NCBI RefSeq assembly: GCF_009914755.1
Contig: NC_060943.1
Source: the human T2T-CHM13v2.0 reference genome, Homo sapiens
Length of the DNA: 64,000 nt
Reading direction: 5' to 3' (one strand)
In this document: in pieces, positions 13,530 through 26,120 of the stretch
Position numbering within the stretch: the stretch's first letter is position 1
Layout of the letters: each line of letters opens with the position of its first letter
The notes under the pieces: model-generated
What the model saw: the letters and a program-made list of their open reading frames with translations, nothing else
The model's database searches: none
Told to the model about the DNA's origin: nothing
Made by a program: the position numbers and the translations under genes

Positions 13530-14690
13530 ACCCAGGACGTAGTACCTGGGACTACTTTTGGCCACACTCTTCCTGAGGGATCTATTACTGTCCCATAGTT
13601 TGAAAAAGTCATCTGCACCTTGATGACTTCTAGATATCCATATCCAGTCCCAACTTCTCTGAGTTCTAGACTTGTCTATCCAGCAGTCTAGTAGACCCAA
13701 CTTCTCTGAGTTTTAGACTTGTCTATCCAGCAGTCTAGTAGACCCAACTTCTCTGAGTTTTAGACTTGTCTATCCAGCAGTCTAGTAGACATCACTACTT
13801 GAATATTTAATAAGCACCCCAACGCAACAGGTTCCAAATTAAACTGCTGGTCCCCTCCCAAGCCTTCCTCTCCTTTCTTATCTATTTCAGTAAATGGCAC
13901 CACTGTTTACACAATTGCTTAGACCAAAGACCTACAGGTTATAACTGAGTTATCTCTTGCTCTGCCACTTTACCTCCAACCCACCAGTGAATCCACATCA
14001 TGCTCCCTTCAACATCAATTCTGAATGCAGCCACCCCTCACCAACTCTTCTGTGACTGTTCACATCCGTGACATGCACCTGAAACAGTGCTCTAAGCTCC
14101 TACCTGGCCTCCCTGCTTCCAATCCAGCCGGCCCTCCCCAGTCATGAGATTCTCCATCTGCAGTCAGAGTAAGCTGCTTAAAAACCTGTGACTCTCAAGC
14201 TTCCTTCACACTTAGAATAAACTCTGAATTATTTACTTTGGCCCTCAAGACCTTGATTGTGTGGTCACTGCTCACTTTCCTAGACTCTTGCTGTCTCTGC
14301 TCTCTCTGGCTCTCTCTAAACCAACCACACTGCCCCACCACTGTCCTCCAGTGGCCAAGTTCATTCTTGCCTCAGGCATCTGCACTTGCCTGCAACAATC
14401 CACACCTAGATTTAACCAGATTTCGCCTGCTCTGGAAGGACGTTCCTGGCCCCTGGGTGAAAATGACTTCTTCCTTTTGCTCCTATTTCCATCACCCTCT
14501 AGTCCCTAAATCCATCTCACTTTTCCTCATAACGCTGATCACAGCCTGAAATGATGTTTGCTGCATTTCCTTTCCGTTTTCTGTCTGGAATCCCCTGGGG
14601 ATGGGATCTCATCAAACCCCATCATCCTCACTGCTGTCTCCAGCACCTGACACGGAAGAGACAGCAAATACTCGCTGAATGAGATTAACA
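13530..14690 (+). mobile_element. L2 LINE 3' region
   Basis: 'tcagtaaatggcaccact', 'cacttagaataaactctgaa', 3' end 'cagcacctgacacgg...aaatactcgctgaatga'. Confidence 0.85.
13649..13790. repeat. Tandem repeat, 3 x 47 bp, inside L2
   Basis: CCCAACTTCTCTGAGTTYTAGACTTGTCTATCCAGCAGTCTAGTAGA at 13649, 13696 and 13743; one variable position. Confidence 0.97.
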
Positions 14691-14699
14691 GTGGTGAAA

Positions 14700-15020
14700 A
14701 CTGAAAACTGCCTGCATGTTCAAAAATAGTGCCATATTTTTTAGAAATATAGTGGAATCTCCATAAACCCATTAAAATCGTGTTTTCAAAAAAAAGTTTT
14801 AAAAGGAAAATTTTCATTGTTAAACAAGGTAATGTGATAAAAAGTAAGATGCAGAATCATATATTTTGGTGATCCCAATTTTGTAAAATTATTTATCTAG
14901 CTAGGTATTTAAATATAAAGAAATACACTAAAACATTAATAATGTTTGGATTTGTATAATAGAATAACAGGAGACTTTTTATTTTATTATTTATACTTTT
15001 GAATTTTGCAAATTTTATTA
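14700..15020 (+). mobile_element. Old L1 3' UTR fragment
   Basis: 'gatcccaattttgtaaaa', 'aaagaaatacactaaaacattaa', AT-rich. Confidence 0.6.
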
Positions 15021-15049
15021 AAAGAAACTGACATTGATGGACATTTTTT

Positions 15050-15478
15050 CTATTTTTTTTTATTCATTTATTTTTGACAATCATTGTGTGTATTTAGTGG
15101 GTATAATGTGATGTTTTGATCTATGTATACATTGTAGAAAAATTCAATCAAGCTAATTAACATATCCATCACCAAGTTATCATATTTTTGTGTTGAAAGT
15201 GTAAAAAGATCTATTTTTAGTAATTTTGAAGTATATAATACATTCTTATTAACTGTGGTCTCCACACATCAAAATACATCAGTAAAACTTCCTCTTGCAG
15301 TAAACTTTGCACTGTCTCATCAGTGTCTCCCATCACCCCGCCCCTCACCTGCCCCACCTCTGGTCACCACTGTTTTGCCCTCTATTTCTATGCAGTCAAC
15401 TTTCTCAGATTCCACATATGAGTGAAGCCATGCAGGATTTGCCTCCTGTGCCTGGCTTATTTCATAGCATAATGTCCC
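15050..15478 (-). mobile_element. L1MA (L1MA8/9-like) 3' end
   Basis: 'aatcaagctaattaacatatccatcacc', 'agattccacatatgagtga', 'tgtgcctggcttatttca'. Confidence 0.88.
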
Positions 15479-16025
15479 CCCTTTCCAGCCACTTTTATAG
15501 AAAAAAAACTTCATACTCTGAAGTGAGAGAGAAAAATGACTCCTGCCTGGCTAACAGCCAGGAGGGAGGAAGGTGAAGGAGGCGGGTGAGCCAGTTCTAG
15601 GGCTGGTCCAGAAGGTGGCCACTCTTGACCAAGAGATAGACGGGAGTGAGGCAGCGGGCCTCACTGGAGGAGCCCGCGCCATTCTCAGGAGCCATCACGG
15701 GGACAGGAGATGCACACACTTCTCTGGTCCTTGACAAATGAACAAGTGAACGCCTCAATGGTAAGTCCACGTAGCCCATAAGAGAGGATACTCCAGGATG
15801 CCAGTGTGGCAGAAACAGCAAACACAGCCTCTGCGCTCTGCCCCCGTGCAGGTTTTTTTGACCACAGGCTCCTCACAGCCAGCCTGTGAGCAAATGCTGC
15901 CTCATGTACTGTGCACAGAGAGGCCACAGATGACTGTGGCCTCTGCTGATTACTTTGGAATTAAAAACACCATGAGCCCAGGCCTGGAAACACAGAGGCC
16001 TTTTGTGCCAGTTAAGCACCTTCAG

Positions 16026-16235
16026 GGGGAAGGAGAGGAAGAGGAGGAGGAAGAAGATGGGGAGGAAGGGAGGAAGGGAAGGAGGAGGTGAAGGAAGGAA
16101 AGGAGAGGGAGGAGAAGGAGGAAGGCAGGTGAGGAGGAGGGAAGGAGGGGCAAGAAGAAGGGAAAGGGGGAGAGAGAGGGGTAGAGAAAGGGACGACGGA
16201 GGAGATGGGAGGAGGATGGATTTGGAGATGGGGAC
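16026..16235. repeat. GA-rich polypurine low-complexity tract
   Basis: Almost purely G/A. Confidence 0.9.
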
Positions 16236-16659
16236 AAGACCCCTGCATCCTGGCCCTCTGGACACTGTATCCTAAAAGCTGGAGCTGTTTATTATCTGAG
16301 TGATATTATTTGGGGGGCATTAAGGAAAAATGAGCAGAAGAAATTGTGCTCTTGAGAGATGAGGACAGACAGAAACTTCAGACCCATTCACTAAAGGCTG
16401 AGGATACATGGGAGGGCCAGGCCCTGGATGTGTCTCAAGAATCGGGGCTGTGCTCTGAGATGACCAGCTGGACAGCCAGAGGCCCTGGCTTCCCCTGTGT
16501 CATCTACTGTTGGACCAGCTTATTCTAGAGCAATGTGGAAAGGAAGGATGATGGAGGCAGAAAAAAAGAAGAAAGAGGAGAGAAAGGAAAAATGGACAGA
16601 GAAGGGGAGGTAGAGAAAGAGAGAGGCAGAAAGACTGAAAGATTTCAAAGGCAAACTAC

Positions 16660-16838
16660 AGCTGTGCATGGTGGTGCATACCTGTAGTCACAGCTATTCG
16701 GGGGGTGGGGGGTGGTGAGGCAGGAAGACCACTTGAACCCCGGAGGTGGAGGCTGTGGTGGGTTGTGATCGCACCACTGCATTCCAGCCCAGGCAACAGA
16801 GTGAGACCCTGTCTCCAACAACAACCACCAACAACAAA
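16660..16838 (+). mobile_element. Alu right monomer (FRAM/AluJ)
   Basis: 'tggtggtgcatacctgtagtcacagcta...gcaacagagtgagaccctgtctc' plus CAA tail. Confidence 0.88.
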
Positions 16839-18214
16839 TTGTTTAAAGTAAACCTCCTCAGTATGGCTTAAAAGGAAGTAAAGAGAATGGATCAAGCCAT
16901 GCAGGGTCCTCACCTGGTTATCAGAGAGAAATGGACAGCAAGAGGGGCTTCTCCGAAGTGTAGCTCCCAACTCTGCACACTCAGGCCTTTCACAAGCATG
17001 GATCCATGTGACCCCAACAGTCCTACAGGGTGTATGGAACATTCCAGCCCCTTTGTCAGGTGAGAACTGAGGCTTTGGAGAGGACAGAGGAGTCAAAGAG
17101 CTTCAGCGGGTAGAGCCAGCCTCTGGTCCTGCACAAGCCCACAGGTGTGTGGAAGGAGATGGAGGTAAAGCACCTGCCGGGACAGGAAGGGCCTCTATGG
17201 ATTAGGGATGTTTCCAAAGCTGGTCAGAGAGCTAGGACCAGAGTGGGAGGGCTGCAGCTGAAAGGTAGTGTATAATAGGCTTTGGGTATTTGTGTTCGTG
17301 GTTGGGCGGGTAATGTTTTCCATTTCCAGATGCACTGCAGCCTCTGCCCACACATCAACACAGAAACCCCGCCATTTGGAAGGTGTTCTGTGCAGACACC
17401 TAAACGTCATTATCCCAAAACACCAAGCCAGCCAGCCAAGGCTTCAGAAAGTACCTGAACAGCTGAGCTTGCTGTTTTGATGAAACGCTGTTTGACAGAA
17501 AAACAGGCCACCCCTGGTAATATGTAGAGAATGATAGGATTCATGAATATGCATGAAGTCCTCTTTCTAGAGACAATTGCCGCAGCGGTTATTGGAGCAG
17601 AACAGGCCGGGTGGGAAGACAGCTTATTCCCAAAGCCACTCTGCCTCCCTGCTGGGAGTATATGGAACTTAAGATCATTTCCTGGGGCCCCATGGTGTGG
17701 TCTCAGCACTACCTAGGCCCACAGAGGCCCTCTGAGGGCCACCTGATGAGGGCCACCTCACCCTAGCCCACCACACATTGGTCAGAGCAGAAAATAGAGC
17801 TGAAAGGGAAGAATGGGTTTGCCCAAGGTCACACAGCAGCTCCTGACGGTCAGGACCTCTGCCACCAGGTCAAGTGGCCCCCACATTGCAGGCCCCTGGG
17901 AGGACACAGATGCAGACCAGAATCTGAGCAGAGGACAGCTCTCAGGACAGCTCAGCTGGCATGCCCACCCTGCAGGGGAAAGACTGCCCATGCCCACACT
18001 GAGGCAGGGGAACCACGGTGAGGAGCTGAGTGAAGACCCCCCACAGAGCTAGGCCCAGGACTCCCAGGGGGAGAGTGTGGATGGGTATCTGCCTCCACCC
18101 CGAGCTGTCTGCAATTTCTTTCCATGCAAAGGATAAGGTCTGACCAACACAGTCACAACAAGGCATGAGTGATTCTCAGGTTAACTCTACTTTTGAAGAA
18201 GAAGAAGAGCCCAC

Positions 18215-18780
18215 AAAGAACTTAAAACAGAACTACCATTCAGCCCACCTATCCCATGACTGGGTATCTACCCAAAGGAAAATCAATTGTTCCACCAAAG
18301 GGACATCTGCACCCGTATGTTGATCACAACACTATTCACAATAGCAAAGGCATGGAATCAACCCAGGTGTCTGTCAACAGTGGACTGGAGAAAGAAAATG
18401 TGGCACATATACACTGTGGAATACTATGCAGCTGTAAAAAATGACCAAATCAGGTTCCTTGCAGCAACATGGATGTAGCTGGAGACCATTATCCTAAGCG
18501 AATTAATGCAGAAACAGAAAACCTGTTTTCACTTATAAGTGGAAGCCAAACCTTGGTTCCACATGCACATAAAGATGGCAACAATAGCCGGGGGAACCAC
18601 TAGAAGCGGGAGGGTGGGAGAGGTGTGTGGGTTGAAAAACAGCCCATTGAGTACCATGTTCACTGCCTGGGTGATGGGGTCATTTGAGCCCAAACCTCAT
18701 TGTCACTCAATATACCCAGGTCACAAACCTGCACACGCAGCTGCCAAGTATAAAATAAAAGTGGAAATTCTAAAAAGAAA
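18215..18780 (+). mobile_element. L1PA16/17-like 3' end (ORF2 C-terminus + 3' UTR)
   Basis: ORF 18287-18478 gives the L1 ORF2 tail (LFTIAKAWNQPRC..KKMWHIYTVEYYAAVK); typical 3' UTR and A tail follow. Confidence 0.92.
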
Positions 18781-19429
18781 AAGGAGAAGAGGAAGAGGAA
18801 ACTAGAAAGGCAAAGGGAAGAGACAGCAATAGTGGATGATGCTCAAGTATTCCATAGATTACCCCAGCCACACCCCTAGTCCACTGGCAGCAACATGGTC
18901 CAAAGCCCGAGGTGGCCGTGGCAAGAGCCACACCCCTGGTCTGAGTCCCCATGCAGCCTCCACACTTCAGTAGCAGGAGCAAAGCTGGAAGTCAGACATT
19001 TTCCAAAGAAAGCCAGGCATGCTTGGACAGTGGGATCTGGCCACTGTCAGCATCCAGCGCCTGGTGCTCTGAAGTCTGAGGAGAGTACAGGGCAGGACAA
19101 ACCCGCTGTCGGGTGCATCTCACACTGAAGAGGCAGGGGACAGCAGTTCCCTTTGATGGAGCTACGCAGATCTGAGGTTGCTGGAAGCAGCAACCCCCGT
19201 TTCATCTGCTTTTGAAGGAGTCTGAGGTAGACGGCTGGCGGGAAGGCCACGCCATACTGAGCACAAGGGCCACTCACTTGCAGAACCTGCTGTGAAGAGG
19301 GAATCCAAACCCACTTTGCTGGTGCAAATGGTGCTCTGCAGGCCCAGGGCGAGGAGAGGCCATCTGGAGTTCACAGGCATTTAGGAAGCAGAGTGGATAC
19401 ATGAGGAGCACTTCTGGAAACCTGTTTTG

Positions 19430-19838
19430 TACCACGGCACCCCAGAGACCTAGGAGTGATCTCAAGCTCTGCCACTTTGGACAACGTTTTTGTTAGCTCT
19501 CTGGGCCTCATTCTCCTTCTCTGCAGCTGGTTGCATGCCGTGTGTTCTGCCAGCTCGCTGCCTCATTCACACTGGCCAGTGCTCTCTGCCCAAGAGCTTC
19601 TCTGCTTCATGTGCCAATCCAGAGATGCCAGGGATCGCGCACCTTCCGTGACAGCCCTGGACCGATGGGGATGGAGCCAGTGGATAGATATGCCCCCAGG
19701 TTCACTTTCCTTCCTTCTGTCTTCCTGTCTTCCCAGTTCTCTATCCCAAATTCTCTAAAGTCACTTCCAAAAATCAACCTTCTGCCCACAGGCCCTTGTC
19801 CCAAGTTCTTGGGTTCTGAGAGGAATCCAGGCTAAGAC
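19430..19838 (+). mobile_element. ERVL solo LTR (LTR16 family)
   Basis: Ends 'tcacttccaaaaatcaacc...cccttgtccc...gaggaatccaggctaagac'. Confidence 0.6.
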
Positions 19839-20408
19839 TGAAAGAACTACAGACCCACAGGAGTTCCAGCCATGGCATTCACGACCCTCCTCTGCTGAGG
19901 GCAGGCTGGGGTTTTACTTCCCCTTCTTGTCTGTGGGTGGGCATAGGTGGGGAGAGGTGCAAGCTCAGGAGCTGGGCTATTCCATGGCCTCGCCCCACCT
20001 GGGAGTTATATCATGGATTCCTGGGTGGGTCTTCCAGGAAGAGAAACGGATCCGGAACTGTGGACGCAGGGTCGACTCTCTGAAATCCCTTCTCGGGGCT
20101 TTGGAATTTGTGGTCCCTTAATGCTTCAGTCTCAGCAGCGCCTCGACAGTCATGCCTCTGGCCTTCCCAAGACCTCTCCCCAGCATGATGAAGGGTCTAT
20201 GCTCTCCCAGCATCTCCTCCAACAGAAATGGTCTCTGCCTCTGAGATGTGGCAATACAGAGACCGTGCATCATGGGGAAAATGAACAGAAGGGAGTAACC
20301 ATAGGGAGCCAGCTGGTTCAGGGATGGGGCAGAGAAAATAGAGGAAGAGCCTGGAGTATCCTGTGGCCACTAGACAGTAAGAAAGTATTAAATAGCCAGG
20401 AGATCGGA

Positions 20409-20606
20409 CAGCCTGGGCAACATAGCCAGACTCTGTCTGTACAAAAAATAAAATAAAAAATAGCCAGCTATTTGGGAAGCTGGGGCAGGAGGATAACTGG
20501 AGCCCAAGAGTTTGAGACTGCGGTGAGCTATGATTGTGCCACTGCACTACAGCCTGAGCAGCAAAGTGAGACTGTCTCTAAAAACAACAACAGCAACAAC
20601 AAAAAC
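20409..20606 (+). mobile_element. 5'-truncated AluJ
   Basis: 'cagcctgggcaacatagc...gagctatgattgtgccactgcact', CAA tail. Confidence 0.88.
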
Positions 20607-21245
20607 ATATATGTATGTGTATGTGTATTTCAAAAGGCTACAGGAAGCAAACCGAAGGGGCTCCGAATGGCCAAAGTTAGGACAACTTGAGCAAAATAAA
20701 TAACTATGGTATTGAATTATAGCCCAAGACATAATGTAAATATCCATAGGTCCATCCTGATTAAATGCGTAACTGAATACATAAATAAATGAGGGAGAAG
20801 CAGCAATTCTTCCTTACAGAAGAATTCCGAATAATAAATGTAGAAGAAATAAGGGAAGTAGAAATTCATCAATAGCACACCACAGTAATAATTGTTACAG
20901 CCAAGATCTACTGATGGATATGAAAATGAGTGGGGGAAAGTTTAAGCAAAAACAGGATATTTACATAATCTCAAATATCTGCTTTCCAATACTTAGTAAT
21001 TTCAAGATAAAAATAGTAAGTTTGCAGTAGACCATTTTGGTAGATACCACCTTAGCCAAGTGATCAAGGACTCACCAATAGTAAGACACATTGAAGTGAC
21101 ATCATGTGTCCCCAGGATGAGGCACTAAGAAGGGCAAGTCGCTGCTGTGGGATCCTTCCCAATAAAGCATAATGTCAATCAAATCAGGAGTAAACCAGCA
21201 GACACACCCAAATAAAGGGGCGTTCTACAAAATAACTTACCAGTT

Positions 21246-21413
21246 CTTTCTTCCTTCTCCTCCTCCTCCTCCTTCTTCCTCTCCTTCTTCTTCTCCTTCT
21301 TCCTCCTCTCTTCTTCCTCTTCCTCCTCTTCTTCCTCCTCCTCCTCCGTCTTCTTCTTCTTCTTCTTTTCCTTCTCCTTCTCCTCCTCCTCCTTCTTCTT
21401 CTTCCTCTTTTTT
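21246..21413. repeat. (CTT/CCT)n triplet tract (expanded Alu tail)
   Basis: Polypyrimidine triplets directly abutting the antisense Alu 3' end. Confidence 0.92.
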
Positions 21414-21706
21414 TTAAAGACAAGATCTAGATCTGTTGCGCAGGCTGGAGTGCAGTAGCCTGATGTGCAGGGACGCGATCATGGCTCACTGCAGCCTCAA
21501 TGACCTCCCAGACTCAAGCAACCCTGCCACCTCAGTCTGCCAACTACCTGGGACCACAGGCGTGCAACACCACACCCAGCTGTTTTTATTTTTTTAGAGA
21601 TGGGGTCTTGCTTTGTTGTCCAGGCTGGTCTCAAACTCCTGGCTCCAAGTGATCCTCCTCCCTTACAAAGTGCTGGGATTACAGATGTGAGCCAACATGC
21701 CCAGCC
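21414..21706 (-). mobile_element. AluJ
   Basis: Dimer in antisense; TSD-like cttaccagttct / cttaacagtctt. Confidence 0.92.
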
Positions 21707-21730
21707 ATCTTAACAGTCTTCTTCAAAAAA

Positions 21731-21944
21731 AATATTTTTAATACAAGGTCTTGCTTTGTCATCCAGGCTGGAGTGCAGTGGTGCAATCATAGCTCACTAT
21801 AGCCTCGAACTCTTGGGCTCAAGCAATCTTCCCACCTCAACCTCCTTGGTAGCTGGGACTATAGGCACATGCCACCATGCCTGACTAACTTTTATTTATT
21901 TTTATTTTTTGTAGAGGTGGAGTCTTGCTATCTTGTCCAGGCTG
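21731..21944 (-). mobile_element. 5'-truncated AluJ
   Basis: Right arm plus part of left arm. Confidence 0.9.
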
Positions 21945-22106
21945 TTCTTTAAAATTTTGAAGATTAAGAAAGACAAGAGAAGAACAAGAAACTGTCACAG
22001 ATTGTGGGGCGGAGAGACTGAGGGGGCAGGTGGCTAAATAACATGTGGGAGGCTGGGTCAGATGCTGAAACAGAAAAATATTTTTATTTTTATGTAAGAA
22101 GTAGGT

Positions 22107-22445
22107 GATAGAAGAAAGAAAAGGAGAGAGAGGAGGGAAGGAAGGAAGGGGAAAGAGGGAGAGAGGGAAGGAAAAGAGAGAAAGAAAGAAGGAAAGAAAG
22201 AGAGATAAAGAGAGAAGGAAAGAAGGAAGGAAAGAAGGAAGGAAGGAAGGAAGGGGAGGGAGGAAGGGAGGGAAGGAAAAGACAGAGGGAAAGAAAGAAA
22301 AGAGGAAAAAAGAAAGAAAGAGAGAAAGAGAGAAGGAAGGGAGGGAGGGAGGGAAGGAGAGAGGAAGGGAGGGAGTGGGGGAGGGAGGGAGGGAAGGAGG
22401 GAAGGAGGGAGGAAGGCAGGGAGCGGGGGAGGGAAGGAAGGGCAA
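22107..22445. repeat. GA-rich polypurine tract (GGAA/GAAA/GGGA)
   Basis: Direct inspection. Confidence 0.92.
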
Positions 22446-23282
22446 ACAAAACAAGATTGTTAGAGGAAAACCCGGTGAAATCCGAATGAGTTCTGTGCTG
22501 TGGTTACTAGCACTGTCCCAAGGCTAATGTCTTAGTTTCGATAAACGGTCTGTGGTTATGTAAAATGTTAACATATTGGGGAACTAGGTGAAGGGTATGA
22601 AGGAATTCTCTGCACTCTTTTTGCACCTCTTTGGTAACTTTATCACAATATTCAAAACAAACCCTAACTGTAAAAATATTTAAAGGAGCAAGAGGGAAAA
22701 ATCACATAAACATGGACACTTGTGCCTGCCATTCCCTTGGCAAGTGTGAGATCAGGAGTGAATCTGTGCGCAGGCCTCAGCGTGTAGGCACCTCAGAGCT
22801 GTGGCCCCGAAACTCAAGCTGGTTATTTCCTCTGTCGTCCCAGAGAAGGAGCATCCCACAGTTCAGTCACGAGATGAGAATCCAGTGGTCTGGAGGGATC
22901 CAGTGCTCCTGGTCTCCCAGGTGATCCCCTCGTCCTGCACTTTGGACCAGGGCCTCGTGTTCTGAGTGGAGACCGCCAGCCGTGTGTCAGGCAGGGTTCC
23001 ACGGTGGCCCCCGGGGTTCCCTTTTCACTGTCCTTAATTCCTGCATAAGCCTGGGCTTGGAGGTGGACTGTGGAATCACCCTCAAGCTTTGCCCCTCTCC
23101 TCTGGTTCCACGCTTCCCTGGGGCCCGACCGCTTCCCTCCAGGCACTCACCCTGACCGACGCACTCAGCACTGCCACGCCTGCTGATGTCCAGTGACGAA
23201 GCACTCCGAGTGTTTCAGCCTGGACCGTGCGGGGACTATGAGGGCCATGTGCTGTCCTTGCTACTCCGATGAGATCAGGTAG

Positions 23283-24043
23283 TGTAGGGTTGTGACAGAC
23301 GTATTTATATTGGTGTTTGACAATGGTTCCTGGCTGACAACCTCCGTAGCCCTTGCAACAGTCTTTTGTGGTCATGTTGGGTGTGTCAGGCCTCAGGAAC
23401 AGGCCTCAGGAAACAGTGTTTCTCCAAGCTCTTCCTGCCCTCCCTTCGCCTGCCTCAAAGCAGGACTCGAATCTTCTCCTGCCTCTCTGATTTGGGGTCA
23501 TAAGACCCTCCCCAGAGAGGGTCCCACCCTACTCCCTGGGGGAAGGAATGCACACGTCTTGGGGCTTCTCCTAAAAACCCGAGAGGACTGGGTTCGGGAG
23601 CTTTAGGACGGCTGAACATAGGCAGGCTCCTGGAGGGTGGCCTCCAGGGAGGGCACGAAAGCTCCATGCCCCTCCCTCAGGTCTATCTCCCCTGTGCATC
23701 TCTTATCCTTTGTAACATCCTATATAACAAACGGGCACACGTGTTTCCCTGAGTTCTGTGAGCTTCGGTTGGTCAGAGGTTCTGGAGGCCTGGACTTGTG
23801 ACTGATGTCTGGGGGTGGGGCAGTCTTGGGGACAGAGCAATCACCCTGTGGAATATGACACTCTCTCCAGGTAGGCGGTGTCAGAATGGATTTTGGACAC
23901 CCTGCTGGTGCCTGCTGCATAATTCATCACTCGCTTGCTGGTGGGGAAAACGCCCCACAAGTTTGCTCACTTCTGTGTTGATGATTGCTGCTGCAGTGGT
24001 TTGAGGGCAGAGGAAAAACATAGTTTGAGAGTTTTTCAAAAAC
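23283..24043 (+). mobile_element. Solo LTR, MER21 family
   Basis: 'aaaaacccgagaggactgggttcgggagc', 'gtgtttccctgagttctgtgagc', 'ctccaggtaggcggtgtcagaat'. Confidence 0.8.
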
Positions 24044-24148
24044 AGGCATTTTCACTATATTTAGGACAGAGGCTGCTGAGAGCAGGTGGGATTGTCTTGG
24101 AGCCCTGCTCCTCTGTGCCCTCAAGATCCAAAGTCAAAAGGCTACTCA

Positions 24149-24447
24149 GGCCAGGGGCAGTGGCTCACGTCTGTAATCCCAGCACTTTGGGAGGCCGAGG
24201 CGGAAGGATCATCTGAGGTCAGGAGTTTGAGACTAGCCTGGCCAACATGGTGAAACCCCATCTCTACTAAGAAAAAAAAAAAAAAAATTAGCCAGGCCTG
24301 GTGGCACATGCCTGTAATCCCAGCTACTCAGGAGGCTGAGGCATGAGAATGGCTTGAACCCAGGAGGCAGAGGTGGCAGTAAGCCCAGATCACGCCATTG
24401 CACTTCAGCCTGGGTAACAAGGCGAGACTTCATATCAAAAAAAAAAA
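24149..24447 (+). mobile_element. AluS (Sx/Sz-like)
   Basis: Full dimer; TSD AAAAGGCTACTCA at 24136-24148 and after the tail. Confidence 0.96.
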
Positions 24448-25081
24448 GGCTACTCAGCCAGCTCCTATGACCACTGACCCTCTGTACTATGGCCAGACTC
24501 CACAGATGAACCAGGCATCTTGGGTGGTGTTTTAGGATATGACCTACAGGAGGAGCCAGGGCCAGGGAGACTGAAAGCCAGTGGGGCCAGACAGTGTCAA
24601 TAGCACCAGAGCACTCTAACACCCGGCAAGCTTCACCCTGAGCCAGGGCCCCCACCAGCCAGCGGGAGAATCTGTCATCGTGACAAGCCAACCTGCCTTC
24701 CGCCTGTGCTGCTTCACTGGCCTGATGGTTAGGGAAGGAAATGTGATCTCTCCTTCCTGCCCAGTTCCTCTTAACTGCAGGCCCAGGGCGGGGTGACAGC
24801 AGCAGTTGGCATCTTCCAGGCAGGACCCTGTGCACACTGACTGCGAGGCCAGAGGGAAGGGCCAAGCTTGGGAGCCTGCCGAGGGAGGCAGTTAATAGGT
24901 GAGCATCTCTCAGCCTGGAGAGCCACGATCCTCCTGGAACCCTGCAGCCAACGGCAGCTCCCCAGCATCAGGAAGTAGGAAGAACTCTCCCGGCTGTGGA
25001 ATCTGTACCTGGCATTTAAAGTTTCCTCTCCCAAATAATCTTTGAGACACTTGCTTATTGTTAAAGGAAAAACCTGGACCG

Positions 25082-25438
25082 TGTAGGAGAACATCCCCCC
25101 ACACTGGGAAGGAGCTGAGACCAAAGAATGACTGGGACACACCCAGTATATGAGTTTATTAGGACTCCATGCATGGCCCCCCTGGGTGGTGGCAGGACAG
25201 CTCTGGAGATCCGCCCTGCCTCCCATCTCTAAGCTGCTTTTGAGCTAGTTTTCTGGCTCTGTGTGCAAAGAGACTGTTTCTCTTGGTCTGTTCCCAGATA
25301 CACTCTGGGATGTTTGGGTTCTCAGGGACACCTGCTTCTCAGCTGGGCTCTATGGCCTTGATTCATAACCCGGTCTTCAGGGTTCAAGCAGCAGACATGC
25401 AACCTTAGATAACCTGGTGGGGGACCTGTCACCCTACA
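25082..25438 (-). mobile_element. ERVL solo LTR (LTR32-like)
   Basis: TG...CA termini; reverse strand begins 'tgtagggtgacaggtccccaccaggtta'; AATAAA on the minus strand. Confidence 0.65.
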
Positions 25439-25639
25439 CGTATGATCCCACACTTGGACTGAAAGGGAGGGTAAATAGAATACTTCCTAGGCAAGCTTGG
25501 GTGTGGAGATTTAACTCTAAGGAAATTTGCAATAGGAAAAATCACTGAAAAGGCACTGGTGAAATAATGGATAAAGCACACTTGTTGCTTATAGCATCCA
25601 GTCCCTCTTTGTTCAGGAAATAGGACTCGGGGAGTGGAG

Positions 25640-26120
25640 AATGTGGTTCTGGAATTCGAAGAGAGTTCTGGGCACTGTGCTCTCCCTGTCACTTAACCTA
25701 CCTTCAACTACAGAGGTCCCCAGTTGCCCATTCCTTCATGAATCACAGTTCCCAGGCCACAGGGATTGGCTCATGGTCGAGCCTGTGACCCAGGCTTATC
25801 TGACAGGAGGACACCTGGGACTTTCTTCCTGGGAATGGTGGGACGTAGCTCGTCTTCCCATGAGCCAGGCTGCCATGGGCTATTGAGATTGCTAAAATAA
25901 CTATTGCAGCTATAAGGTGAACTGGTCTGAAGGCACAGTTAACACCCAAAGGAGAGAGTCTCTGAGAAATAGAGCTGGAATCCTGAGGACATTTTGAATC
26001 TCTGGATTGAACTGTACCTGCAGCCAGTCCATATTTAGAATTTTTGTTTCCATCCATTTGAGTTTTTAGGCCAGTTTAGATTGGGTTCCCTGTCACTTGC
26101 AACTGAAATAACTGAACATC
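25640..26120 (+). mobile_element. Old MaLR LTR (MLT1J/K-like)
   Basis: 'ggccacagggattggctca', 3' end 'gccagtttagattgggttccctgtcacttgcaactgaaa'. Confidence 0.7.

Larger units (their letters stand above)
20620..22662 (+). mobile_element. L1MC (L1MC3/4-like) 3' region, interrupted by two Alus and two simple tracts
   Basis: 'ccttacagaagaattcc', 'gataccaccttagccaagtgatcaagg', 'ggtgaaatccgaat', 'ggtgaagggtatgaaggaattctctgcact'. Confidence 0.8.

Noticed and set aside
5205-15620. CTCF-like cores (5206 GGCAGCAGGGGGCAC, ~7050, ~15607)
   Set aside because: Partial matches expected by chance in GC-rich DNA; cannot be supported without a PWM scan or ChIP.
18287-18478. ORF with real protein similarity
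   Set aside because: It is the decayed C-terminus of L1 ORF2p in a truncated L1, not a host gene.
21184-22527. Poly-Arg protamine-like and Glu/Arg/Lys-rich ORFs
   Set aside because: Derived from simple CTT/GAA tracts.
24233-24865. 210-aa ORF, and other ORFs such as 63012-63623, 60638-61099, 39794-40216
   Set aside because: These contain typical antisense-Alu translations ([21 protein letters not shown]), not gene evidence.
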